Below are positions 1 through 10,374 of a stretch of 32,000 nucleotides of DNA, piece by piece. The notes under the pieces are model-generated. The model worked only from the letters and a program-made list of their open reading frames with translations, had not been told where the DNA came from and did not search any database. The translations under genes and the position numbers were made by a program. Numbering within the stretch: the first letter of the stretch is position 1; each line of letters begins with the position of its first letter. Origin of the DNA: Actinopolyspora sp. H202 (lineage in GTDB: Bacteria; Actinomycetota; Actinomycetes; Mycobacteriales; Pseudonocardiaceae). Location: positions 167,835 through 199,834 of the forward strand of contig NZ_JBMIHH010000009.1 in NCBI RefSeq assembly GCF_051225635.1, written 5' to 3'.

Positions 1-992
1 GGCCGATCGCGCCCAACCGCGCGGTCGAACTGCTGGGGCAGGTGGCGGAGGCGCTCGACACCCTGCACGAGCAAGGGCTGGTGCACCTTGATCTCAAACC
101 GGCCAACGTGCTGGTCACCTCCAGGGAGGCCTCACACGAACACGTCTATCTGGCCGACTTCGGGCTCACCAGGCGTGGCGCCACCGGGCATCGAACGAGC
201 ACCGGCGATTTCCTCGGTTCGCCCACCTACGCCGCCCCGGAGCACCTGCGTGGCGAGTCCGTCGACGGCAGGACCGATCTCTACGCGCTGGCGTGCATGC
301 TGTTCGCCTGCCTGACCGGCAGCGCTCCCTACAAGGGTGAGGTGCAGGAGATCATCCAGGGGCATCTTCAGCTGGATCCTCCCCGGGTCACCTCCCGCGT
401 GGCGCTGCCGCCCATGATCGACGAGGTGCTGCGCAGGGGGATGGGTAAGACGCCCGAGCAGCGCTATGGCAACTGCAAGGAGCTCATCTCCGCGACCAGG
501 AACGCGTTGAGCTCGTTGGGGAAGCAGGGCGACCAGCCCCCACGCCCGGCCCCTCCGGAGGCGCCGCCCTCGGCTGGGCAGCCACCTTCCGGCCCGCAGC
601 CGATGCCCTCCGGGCCGGTTCCACCCCAACCCCAGTCGCAGCCCCAGCCGACGGCCCCGCCCGGTACTCCTCCCGGCGGAATGGCCCCGCCCGGTACGCC
701 TCCGGGTGGAACGACACCGCCCGGCCCCCGCCCCGGCGCGGGCGCTCCGGGGATGCCCGCCGGTCCGGGAGCACCCGCCGGGCCACCGCCCGTCGGTGGC
801 CCCAGACAGCCGATGCCCCCTGGCGGCTCGCAGCAGGGGCCGGGTGAACCGGTGCGGTTGCGCCCGCCGATGCCCGCGCAGTCCGCATCCTTCGCGAAGA
901 AGTCGGACAGCACAGCCCGCTGGCTGGTTCCGGTGCTGGCGATATCGGTGTTCACCGTGATCGTGGTGATTTTAATCATCGCGTTCGGCTAG
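1..992 (+). CDS. Ser/Thr protein kinase, 3' part (5' end outside window): catalytic core, Pro-rich linker, C-terminal TM anchor
   Basis: The frame is open from nt 3 (PIAPNRAVELLGQVAEALDTLHEQGLVHLDLKPANVLV...). Hanks motifs are visible: catalytic loop HLDLKPAN (nt 84-107), DFG (ADFGLTR) and APE (YAAPE). About 130 aa of P/G/Q-rich low complexity follow, then the hydrophobic tail WLVPVLAISVFTVIVVILIIAFG (nt 921-989) and stop TAG 990-992. Confidence 0.85.
   Translation, partial: PIAPNRAVELLGQVAEALDTLHEQGLVHLDLKPANVLVTSREASHEHVYLADFGLTRRGATGHRTSTGDFLGSPTYAAPEHLRGESVDGRTDLYALACMLFACLTGSAPYKGEVQEIIQGHLQLDPPRVTSRVALPPMIDEVLRRGMGKTPEQRYGNCKELISATRNALSSLGKQGDQPPRPAPPEAPPSAGQPPSGPQPMPSGPVPPQPQSQPQPTAPPGTPPGGMAPPGTPPGGTTPPGPRPGAGAPGMPAGPGAPAGPPPVGGPRQPMPPGGSQQGPGEPVRLRPPMPAQSASFAKKSDSTARWLVPVLAISVFTVIVVILIIAFG
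654..713 (+). repeat. In-frame 30-nt tandem duplication (2 units) inside the kinase Pro-rich linker
   Basis: Unit 1 (654-683) is gccccgcccggtactcctcccggcggaatg. Unit 2 (684-713) is gccccgcccggtacgcctccgggtggaacg. They match at 26/30 nt by hand alignment and encode APPGTPPGGM / APPGTPPGGT. Confidence 0.75.
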
Positions 993-1132
993 TACTCGCC
1001 GCTCGTCGCTGTTCGCGGCGGGCGTGCTTCGTGGGGGAGCGGCTCCCGCACCCCGGTCCGCCCGGTGTGCTCCCGGGCCTCCCGACGCGGCCCCTCCCGG
1101 GACGTTTTCCCCGAAAGCGTTCCGCCCGCTGG

Positions 1133-1159
1133 CTTGCACTCGCTGTCGGTGAGTGCTAA
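1133..1159. promoter_or_regulatory. CIRCE operator (HrcA binding site), copy 1
   Basis: The sequence is cTTGCACTC-gctgtcggt-GAGTGCTAA. It matches the CIRCE consensus TTAGCACTC-N9-GAGTGCTAA with a 9-nt spacer and lies about 175 nt upstream of the groEL start. Confidence 0.8.
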
Positions 1160-1167
1160 ACACGATA

Positions 1168-1194
1168 CTGGCACTCAGTAGGGGTGAGTGCCAG
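1168..1194. promoter_or_regulatory. CIRCE-like operator, copy 2
   Basis: CTGGCACTC-agtaggggt-GAGTGCCAG is a perfect 9-bp inverted repeat with a 9-nt spacer, 8 nt downstream of copy 1. The half-site core GCACTC/GAGTGC is conserved. Confidence 0.7.
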
Positions 1195-1234
1195 GTCGGG
1201 ACGGTGAGGCCGTAGCCGCGCATTCGCGTGGTGA

Positions 1235-2986
<1,752 letters not shown>

Positions 2987-3009
2987 CGTCCGGTTAGGAC
3001 GTTCTCGCC

Positions 3010-3036
3010 GCTGTCGCCGTCGTCGACGGCGACAGC
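3010..3036 (+). repeat. Perfect 13-bp inverted repeat (GC-rich hairpin) downstream of groEL
   Basis: The arms are gctgtcgccgtcg and cgacggcgacagc, separated by one t, starting 24 nt after the groEL stop codon. Confidence 0.45.
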
Positions 3037-3063
3037 CACCGGCACCATCCGAGCATGTGCCTT

Positions 3064-3099
3064 ACGGAGGGCCGTTCCCGAAGGGGAGCGGCCCTCCGT
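3064..3099 (+). terminator. Probable intrinsic terminator of groEL
   Basis: An 11-bp stem acggagggccg / cggccctccgt encloses a 14-nt loop that can pair further (ccc..ggg). It is followed by tgtgt, and no ORF occupies 3049-3354. Confidence 0.55.
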
Positions 3100-3384
3100 T
3101 GTGTCCGGCGGGGAGTCGCCGCCCCGTTCGGCTGGTCAGGGTGCGCTGCTGGTCCGGCCACTCGGAGAGGGACGAGCCGCGTCAGACGGGCCGGCTTGAT
3201 GTCGCCAGCTCGATCGAGTGAGTAGCTCTCACACTTCCGGGGGAGTAACGGTGCGCCACACGTCCCCCGAAACGGGCCACCGGTTAGAACCCGGCCAGGG
3301 CATCATGATTCACTCTGTGCTGCCGCTCCACGGTTTCCGACGAGGGCGGCCGCAGTGTTCCTTCCCCGAATCAGAGGAGGCGCC

Positions 3385-5433
3385 GTGAACCGCTTCCGGC
3401 GAACTTCCAACCGTTCGGCGGTGCTGGCGTCGTTGGCGTGCGTGCTCGCTCTCCTGCTGGCGGGCTGCACCGGCGATCAGCCTCCCGATTCGGGCGAGAC
3501 CGACCGCTCCGGGACGGGCACGGCCGCTCCGTCACCCGGTGGCGGCGAACTTCCCGAGGTGGTGCCGCGGCCGACCAGCATGATTCCCAACGGTGGGGAC
3601 GTGCGCGTGTCGGGCAAGGTCGCCCTGGTCACCGATCCCAGTGTGGAACCGTGGACCCGCAGCCTGGCGGTGCGGGTGCTGCGCGCAATCGGTGCCGAGG
3701 AGGTCGTCGTGCGGGAGCCAGGTCGCTCCATCGATGACTCCGACCTGCGGGTTCGGCTGGGAAGCCGTTGGTCGCCCACGGTACGCAAGACCTTCCAGGA
3801 CACCGAGCTGGACTTCCCGGACGGGGACGAGAAGCTGGCATCCGAGAGCTACGCGATATCGGTGCGCGACGGTCAGAGCCCGGCCATCGCGCTCGGCGGG
3901 ATAGACCCCGCGGGCGCCTACTACGCCGTGCAGACGCTGCGGCAGCTCGCCACACCCGGGCGGGTCGCGGGGGTCGCTGTTCTCGACGAGCCGGAGATGT
4001 CCACTCGTGGAGTTATCGAAGGCTTCTACGGCAGTCCGTGGACCCATGCCGAGCGGATGGACCAGCTCGCGTTCTACGGTTCCGTCAAGCTGAACAGCTA
4101 CGTCTACGCACCGAAGGACGACCCGTACCACCGCGACCGCTGGCGCGATCCCTACCCGGCCGACCGATTGCGGCGGTTGCGCGATCTGCAGCAGCAGGCC
4201 ACGCAGCACCACGTCAAACTCACGTTCGCGCTCTCGCCCGGCAAGTCGATCTGCTTCTCCGATCCGGACGACTGGCGTGCGCTGACGGACAAACTCCAGT
4301 CGTTGTACGACATCGGTATCCGCAGCTTCTCGGTACCGTTCGACGACATCGACTACGCCGAGTGGAACTGCGAGTCGGACCGCGCCGAGTACGGTGCGCC
4401 CTCCGCACGTGCGGCGGGGGTGGCGCAGGCACGGCTGCTCAATAGGTTGCAGCGTGAGTTCCTCGACGCTCACGTCGGGACGATGCCGCTGCAGACGGTG
4501 CCGACCGAGTACTCCGACACCGACAACTCACCGTACAAAACCGCGATTCGACAGCGGTTGGATCCCGCGGTCGAGGTGATGTGGACCGGTGAGGGAGTGA
4601 TCCCGGAAGACATCACCGTCGATGACGCGGCCTCGGCCGAGCAGGTGTGGGGCAGGAAACCGCTGCTCTGGGACAACTATCCGGTCAACGACTACGACGC
4701 CACCGAGGGACTGATGATGCTCGGCCCCTACGCCGAACGGCAACCGGGGCTGGGGCTGCGACTCTCCGGGCTGGTGATCAACCCGATGAACCAGGCAGCC
4801 GCGAGCAAGGTGGTCGAGATCTCGGCGGCGGACTTCGCGTGGAACAGCACCGACTTCGACGAGCGACGGGCCTGGCACGAGGCCGCCGAGTATCTGGCCG
4901 GTGATCGTTTCCGGGGTGACGAACAGCGCTTTTCCCCGGACAGCGGGACGGTCAACGCCTTGATGGTCTTCTTCGACCTCAACCACACCGCTGTGCTGCC
5001 GGACGGTGAGCCGTGGCTGGAGCCCGCACCGGAGCTGCGGCGTCGGCTGGACGAGTTCCGCGAGGCGTGGAACGGCGATGCCTCGAACCGGCAGGGGGCG
5101 GTTTCCGAGCTGCGTGGTTACGCGCGCTCGATCGCCGAAGCCCCCGAGAAGATCCGGAAGGGCACCCCGGAGGATTTCGTCTCCGATGTGCGGCCCTGGT
5201 TGCGGGCCACTGATCTCTGGGGCGATGCCCTGCTGGCCGCACTGGACGGACTGTCCGCGCGGGCGTCGGGGGATTCGGCGACCGCTTCCGAGGAATTCCG
5301 CCGGGCCGCGGAGCTGGCCGCCCGCGCGGGTTCGGTGCGTACCGTCAAGGGCGAGACACTGCCGCAGGGGCCGGTGCGCCTCGCGGACGGTGTGCTCGAC
5401 GACTTCGTCCGCCAAGCTCCCGACATGCGGTGA
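3385..5433 (+). CDS. GH84-family beta-N-acetylglucosaminidase (O-GlcNAcase/NagJ-like), predicted lipoprotein
   Basis: The GH84 catalytic region reads RGVIEGFYGSPWTHAERMDQLAFYGSVKLNSYVYAPKDDPYHRDRWRDPYP, with the Asp-Asp pair in KDD, and later LLWDNYPVNDY. The N-terminus from GTG 3385 (RBS GGAGG 3376-3380) is VNRFRRTSNRSAVLASLACVLALLLAGC, a signal peptide with lipobox LLAGC. An alternative in-frame GTG lies at 3355. Confidence 0.85.
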   Translation: MNRFRRTSNRSAVLASLACVLALLLAGCTGDQPPDSGETDRSGTGTAAPSPGGGELPEVVPRPTSMIPNGGDVRVSGKVALVTDPSVEPWTRSLAVRVLRAIGAEEVVVREPGRSIDDSDLRVRLGSRWSPTVRKTFQDTELDFPDGDEKLASESYAISVRDGQSPAIALGGIDPAGAYYAVQTLRQLATPGRVAGVAVLDEPEMSTRGVIEGFYGSPWTHAERMDQLAFYGSVKLNSYVYAPKDDPYHRDRWRDPYPADRLRRLRDLQQQATQHHVKLTFALSPGKSICFSDPDDWRALTDKLQSLYDIGIRSFSVPFDDIDYAEWNCESDRAEYGAPSARAAGVAQARLLNRLQREFLDAHVGTMPLQTVPTEYSDTDNSPYKTAIRQRLDPAVEVMWTGEGVIPEDITVDDAASAEQVWGRKPLLWDNYPVNDYDATEGLMMLGPYAERQPGLGLRLSGLVINPMNQAAASKVVEISAADFAWNSTDFDERRAWHEAAEYLAGDRFRGDEQRFSPDSGTVNALMVFFDLNHTAVLPDGEPWLEPAPELRRRLDEFREAWNGDASNRQGAVSELRGYARSIAEAPEKIRKGTPEDFVSDVRPWLRATDLWGDALLAALDGLSARASGDSATASEEFRRAAELAARAGSVRTVKGETLPQGPVRLADGVLDDFVRQAPDMR

Positions 5434-5467
5434 GCTTCCGAACGGGGTGTGGTTCGGTTCCGGAGTC

Positions 5468-5722
5468 TCACGCCTCCGGGACTATCAGCCAGCAGGCCAG
5501 ATAGATCAGCAGTCCGGTGCCGAATCCCACCAGCGTGGCGACGACCAGCAGGATGCGCACGATCGTGGCGTCGATGCCGAACAGTTCCGCGGCGCCGCCG
5601 CAGACCCCCGCGATCATTCGTTCGTCGCGGCTGCGGCGGAAGCGGTGCTCGCGGTGCTGCCCCGTCGAGGCCTGCTCTCCCGTGCCGGTTGGCGGTTGTC
5701 CGAGCTGTTCCTGGTTCGTCAT
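5468..5722 (-). CDS. PspC-domain membrane protein
   Basis: The sequence RSRDERMIAGVCGGAAELFGIDATIVRILLVVATLVGFGTGLLIYLACWLIVPE is the typical PspC-domain signature (R..MIAGVCGG.A...G.d....R...v), followed by a TM hairpin. Confidence 0.8.
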   Translation of the reverse strand: MTNQEQLGQPPTGTGEQASTGQHREHRFRRSRDERMIAGVCGGAAELFGIDATIVRILLVVATLVGFGTGLLIYLACWLIVPEA

Positions 5723-5799
5723 GACTTCAGTGAACCCGTCCGACCGGCGCGACGACTCCGGGAAGTGCCCTGACCCGTCCCGTAGTCCCGCCGAGGCGC

Positions 5800-5821
5800 C
5801 CCCCGAGACACCCCCGAGACG
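5800..5821. repeat. Tandem 11-nt direct repeat upstream of the pspC-domain gene
   Basis: cccccgagaca (5800-5810) is followed directly by cccccgagacg (5811-5821), in the intergenic region about 80-100 nt upstream of the minus-strand start at 5722. Confidence 0.5.
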
Positions 5822-5873
5822 CCCCGGCGATTTCGCGAGAAACCGACACCGAGGTGACGGTTCGTCGCGGATC

Positions 5874-6524
5874 CTAGGCCACTGAGGGACGAAATACGTC
5901 GAGTAGATCGGTCTCCTGCTCCTGCCAGCGGTCGTAGAGCACGTCGCTGCCGTAACGCGCCACCAGCTGACTCTCGCCCCGTGAGATCGGCAGCAGGGTG
6001 ATCAGGCGCAGCACGGCCTCGCCCGAACCGTCGCGGACCACGTCGAAGTCCTCCCCCAGGTAGGGGTGCGGGGCCGCCAGGGCGCCGCTGATCGAGGTTT
6101 CCGGCAGCAGTGCCCGATCGTTCATGATCAGCGCCCCCGGGCCCACGCGGCTGTTCGACTCCTCGAGCAGCTCCGCGACGACACCGGTGAGGTGTCGTGC
6201 GTACAGCTCCTGTCCGTGGTGCAGGGTGCAGACCAGCTCGTGCGGCAGCGGGGCTCCCGCGGTACGCGAACGCAGCCCGCTGGTCAGTACCGAGACGTGC
6301 CCGCCGTGCGGCGGATCGCAGTACACCAGGTGGTATCCCCGCTCCCGTGAGCCCGCCTCCGGGCTGTCCGCCCCGCGGATCCTGCCGAGGTAGTGCTCGA
6401 CATGCGCGGGGAATTCACTGAACCGGCTCAAGATCCACCTCGGCTGTAGTTCGTTCCGCCACGTCGAGTATGCCCCCCGCCGACCGATGACGGTTCCTCT
6501 TTCGCGATTCCGCTCTCGGATCAC
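5874..6524 (-). CDS. Suppressor-of-fused (SUFU)-like domain protein; start uncertain
   Basis: The layout resembles bacterial SUFU-like proteins: HYLGRI...YHLVYCDPP..HVSVLTSGL...HELVCTL...ALLAAPHPYLGEDFDVV...LRLITLLPISRGESQLVARYGSDVLYDRW...DVFRPSV. The first ~30 codons from GTG 6524 have poorer third-position GC. An in-frame TTG at 6431 preceded by AGGTGG is an alternative start. Confidence 0.6.
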   Translation of the reverse strand: MIRERNRERGTVIGRRGAYSTWRNELQPRWILSRFSEFPAHVEHYLGRIRGADSPEAGSRERGYHLVYCDPPHGGHVSVLTSGLRSRTAGAPLPHELVCTLHHGQELYARHLTGVVAELLEESNSRVGPGALIMNDRALLPETSISGALAAPHPYLGEDFDVVRDGSGEAVLRLITLLPISRGESQLVARYGSDVLYDRWQEQETDLLDVFRPSVA

Positions 6525-6550
6525 GACCTCCGCTCGGAATATCGTGTTCG

Positions 6551-6570
6551 ACCGGCCGGTGTTTCACCGG
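6551..6570. promoter_or_regulatory. Overlapping palindromes in the SUFU-like/MoxR divergent intergenic region
   Basis: ACCGGCCGGT (6551-6560) is a perfect 10-bp palindrome. It overlaps CCGGTG-ttt-CACCGG (6556-6570). This is a candidate operator with unknown function. Confidence 0.25.
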
Positions 6571-6627
6571 TGCGCCCGCATTTCGGGAAACGAGCACGTA
6601 CCGGAATCGCACGGGCACCGAAAGTCC

Positions 6628-6633
6628 TAGAAT
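6628..6633 (+). promoter_or_regulatory. Candidate -10 hexamer (TAGAAT) positioned for a leaderless MoxR transcript
   Basis: TAGAAT ends 7 nt before GTG 6641. This fits the actinobacterial TANNNT -10 spacing to a transcription start that coincides with the start codon. There is no properly spaced Shine-Dalgarno sequence. Confidence 0.35.
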
Positions 6634-6640
6634 CGGTGGG

Positions 6641-7513
<873 letters not shown>

Positions 7514-7550
7514 AGCCACGGTTGCCCGTCCCGGTGTTTCCGAGTCCGTC

Positions 7551-9110
7551 TCAGGCGGACTTCTTTCGACTCAACCACACGAATGCCACGGCGACAGTCG
7601 ATGCGCACAGCAGAACCACGCCGTTGCACAGCAGACTGAGCTGTACCCCGGACTCGTAGGAGCGCAGAATCGCCGCCTGGATCATCGGGTCCTCGCTGCG
7701 GGGAACGCCCTGCCGCGCCGCTTCGACCAGTGCCTCGGCCTTCGGGGCGGCGACACCTGATTCGGCGAGCTCCTCCGAGAGTGCTCCCGCGAACCGAGTG
7801 CCCAGCACGGCTCCCAGAACCGCCGTACCCAGTACCGATCCGATCTGCCGAAAGCCGGTCACCGCGTTCGAGGCCGCTGGAGCCTGTTGCGGAGGTACCA
7901 CCGACAACGCGGCCGAAGTGGAGGGTGCGATCACCAGTCCGCTCCCGGCACCGACGAGCGCCAGTGCCAAGCCGCTGAACAGGTAGGGGGTGTCCCTGCT
8001 CTGGGTGCTCAGCAGAAAGGCGGCGACCGCCGCGACGAACAAGCCGGTCAGCAGCATTCGTGCCGGGCCGAAACGCGCGGTCCAACGGCCGGCCAGCACC
8101 GTGACGATCATGAACGCCGCCATTTCGGCCAGCAGTCGCAGACCCGACTCCAGCGGAGTGTGCTGCTGGACCTGTTGCAGGAACATGACCTCCACATAGG
8201 TCACTCCCACGAAGCCGAACAGGCCGACGGCCGCGAGCGTCAGGGCTATCGAGTACGGCAGCGAGCGCATCATCCGCACGTTCAGCATCGGCTGCTCGGC
8301 ACGCGCCTCGACCAGCACCAGTCCGATCAGGCACAGCACCCCCAGCGCAAGGCTGGTGAGCACGTGCGGTGCCGAGTAACCGTCCCGTCCACCCGCGATC
8401 ACACCGTAGACCAGTCCGGTGAGTCCGATGATGGCGAGCAGCTGCCCACCGGGATCGAGGCGACGTTCCGGATTCGCCGATTCGCGTAGCGCGCGGATGC
8501 CCAGTGGCACCGTGATCAGTGCCAGCGGAGCGTTGATCAGGAAAACCGCTCGCCAGCTGGTCATGGAGTTCAACGCCCCGCCGAGTACCGGTCCGAGCGC
8601 CAGTGCGACCCCGGACATGGACACCCAGACCGAGATCATCCGGGCTCGTACGCTCGCGTCGGTGAAGGTCGTGACTACGTAGGACAGCGACAGCGGCAGG
8701 ATCAGCGCACCGCCGATCCCGCTGATGATGCGTCCCGCCATGACGGTCCCGAAGGTCGGAGCCGCGGCGACCACCAGCGATCCGGCAGCGAGGATCACCA
8801 CGCCAGTGAGGTAGGAGCGTTTCCTGCCGAAACGTTCACCTATGGCGCCGCCCGACAGCACCAGTGCCGCCAGCGCGAGCGTGTACGCACTGGACACCCA
8901 GCTCAGAAGCGCGGGTGGCACAGACAGTTCCACCTGCATGCTGCGCAGGGTGGAGATAGCGGCGGTGACCTCGATGAATGCCATGAACATTCCCAGGCAG
9001 CAGGTCACCATGATCATGAGATGCCGTGGCCGTTCGGCATCGGCTTCGGCGGTCTTCGTCGGACTACTGTCCCGTTGCTCGTCGGCTGTCGACATGGCCG
9101 ATCCGTCCAA
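7551..9110 (-). CDS. MFS transporter, DHA2 (EmrB/QacA-like, about 14 TMS) drug:H+ antiporter type
   Basis: The 519-aa protein is highly hydrophobic with many predicted TM segments. MFS motifs include LSGGAIGERFGRKRSYL (motif A-like G..GdrfGRkr). Its length fits 14-TMS DHA2 members. Confidence 0.85.
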   Translation of the reverse strand: MDGSAMSTADEQRDSSPTKTAEADAERPRHLMIMVTCCLGMFMAFIEVTAAISTLRSMQVELSVPPALLSWVSSAYTLALAALVLSGGAIGERFGRKRSYLTGVVILAAGSLVVAAAPTFGTVMAGRIISGIGGALILPLSLSYVVTTFTDASVRARMISVWVSMSGVALALGPVLGGALNSMTSWRAVFLINAPLALITVPLGIRALRESANPERRLDPGGQLLAIIGLTGLVYGVIAGGRDGYSAPHVLTSLALGVLCLIGLVLVEARAEQPMLNVRMMRSLPYSIALTLAAVGLFGFVGVTYVEVMFLQQVQQHTPLESGLRLLAEMAAFMIVTVLAGRWTARFGPARMLLTGLFVAAVAAFLLSTQSRDTPYLFSGLALALVGAGSGLVIAPSTSAALSVVPPQQAPAASNAVTGFRQIGSVLGTAVLGAVLGTRFAGALSEELAESGVAAPKAEALVEAARQGVPRSEDPMIQAAILRSYESGVQLSLLCNGVVLLCASTVAVAFVWLSRKKSA

Positions 9111-9500
9111 CTCCGTTCATCTCGCACCCTCCGGCGGAAGGTCGTCGGGTTCGGAGGTCCTCACGGAACGGCTCGCGCGGTACCCCGGCTCACGCGCCGG
9201 AGAACCTCGGAAGCTCGGGCTGAGCGCACGTACCGGGAGAGGGCGTCCCGAAAGGACTTCCCGTAGGGGTGGCGACCCGTTGGTGAGGCAAGCGTGCCGC
9301 CACCCGGACAGATCCACCGCGGGCACGCACGGATACATCCCGACTCGGATATCACCCGAGCGTGGGAAATAGATCGTCCGGAACCCCCATGTGCCCGGCT
9401 GTTCAGCTATCCTGATTGCTCCGTTGAGTCGAGCCGCACGTCTCGTGGTGCCGTGGAATCGGTTGCGTGGACGTTGCTCGCGGCGGGCGAAGCCATCACC

Positions 9501-9543
9501 TCGGCACCGGTGCGCCGGGCCGAATTTCGCGCACCGGTGCCGA
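9501..9543 (-). terminator. Perfect 15-bp stem hairpin immediately downstream of the sigma factor gene
   Basis: The arms tcggcaccggtgcgc (9501-9515) and gcgcaccggtgccga (9529-9543) enclose a 13-nt loop, starting 20 nt past the sigma stop codon (TAG, 9565-9563). No U-tract follows, as is common in high-GC actinomycetes. Confidence 0.5.
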
Positions 9544-9562
9544 GCTCTCGTGGTGAATCGAT

Positions 9563-10180
9563 CTAGACCATGTGCTGCTTGATCTTACGCAGAATTCGGT
9601 CCCTGGTGGGACCGATGGACCCCCGTGGCATCCCCAGAGTTCGACTGATCGCCTCGTAGCTCGCCGGTGGTTCCGACATGAGCATCCCCAGTAGGTTTCG
9701 TTGGTGCTGGTTCAGGGTTTGCACGGCCGCCCGTAGTCGAGGATCGAGTATCCGTTCGATACAGATCTCCTCCGCGGGGCGTTCGTGAACGGACGCGGTG
9801 CAGCGCTCCATGATCTGCACGCTGTCCACCGGTACCTGCCACGCGTGCTTGGACACGTGCTTCATGGCTTCCCGCCTGCTGGTGGTCACGATCCAGGCGG
9901 AGACGCGGTGTGGTTCCTGCAATCGATGGATGTGTTCGTGCAACCGTTGCCAGGTCTGCTGGCACAGGTCCTCGCTGTCGGCGTGGTTGAGGCCGAACGA
10001 ACGTGCCACGGTCCATACCAGCGGCTGATACTCGGTGATCAACCTCGACCAGGCCCCGGCCTTACCCGCTCGGCACTCCTCGACCAATCCTGCTCTGAAG
10101 GCAGTCGATCTCCGTCCCCGTGCTTCGGATAACGGTCTTTCCGGCTCGTGCGTGATATCGGCGACCGCCGGTTCCGACAT
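9563..10180 (-). CDS. RNA polymerase sigma-70 family factor, ECF-like (group 4)
   Basis: Region 2 reads WSRLITEYQPLVWTVARSFGLNHADSEDLCQQTWQRLHEHI. Region 4 has a helix-turn-helix, LNQHQRNLLGMLMSEPPASYEAISRTLGMPRGSIGPTRDRILRKIK. A strong RBS AGGAGG lies 4 nt upstream of ATG 10180. Confidence 0.85.
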   Translation of the reverse strand: MSEPAVADITHEPERPLSEARGRRSTAFRAGLVEECRAGKAGAWSRLITEYQPLVWTVARSFGLNHADSEDLCQQTWQRLHEHIHRLQEPHRVSAWIVTTSRREAMKHVSKHAWQVPVDSVQIMERCTASVHERPAEEICIERILDPRLRAAVQTLNQHQRNLLGMLMSEPPASYEAISRTLGMPRGSIGPTRDRILRKIKQHMV

Positions 10181-10256
10181 GTTGCCTCCTACGGACTTGA
10201 CGTATCCGATCGAAGGCTAGCTATCACAGGACAAGTTTGAAAGAGCCTGTTTGCTT

Positions 10257-10276
10257 TAGTTACATAGCGCTAACTA
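10257..10276. promoter_or_regulatory. Inverted repeat TAGTTA-N8-TAACTA in the sigma/TetR divergent region (candidate operator)
   Basis: The sequence tagttacatagcgctaacta has a central AGCGCT palindrome. It sits in the most AT-rich stretch of the left part of the window, just upstream of the candidate -10. Confidence 0.3.
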
Positions 10277-10285
10277 GCGGGACAC

Positions 10286-10294
10286 TGCTATAAT
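10286..10294 (+). promoter_or_regulatory. Extended -10 promoter element TGcTATAAT facing the TetR gene
   Basis: A perfect TATAAT (10289-10294) is preceded by TG at 10286-10287, about 80 nt upstream of the TetR start. No convincing -35 was seen. Confidence 0.45.
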
Positions 10295-10374
10295 GCGAGT
10301 TCATCATCTGTTCGGGTTGACGTGTTTCGCGATCGCGGGATCGACCCGAGAATTCCCCGAATGTGAGGTAGCGA

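Noticed and set aside
9117-9338. A 73-aa minus-strand ORF downstream of the ECF-type sigma factor, considered as a candidate anti-sigma factor.
   Set aside because: It has no zinc-binding HxxxCxxC motif and no TM segment, and its composition is P/R/S-rich. It is separated from the sigma gene by a strong hairpin and more than 220 nt.
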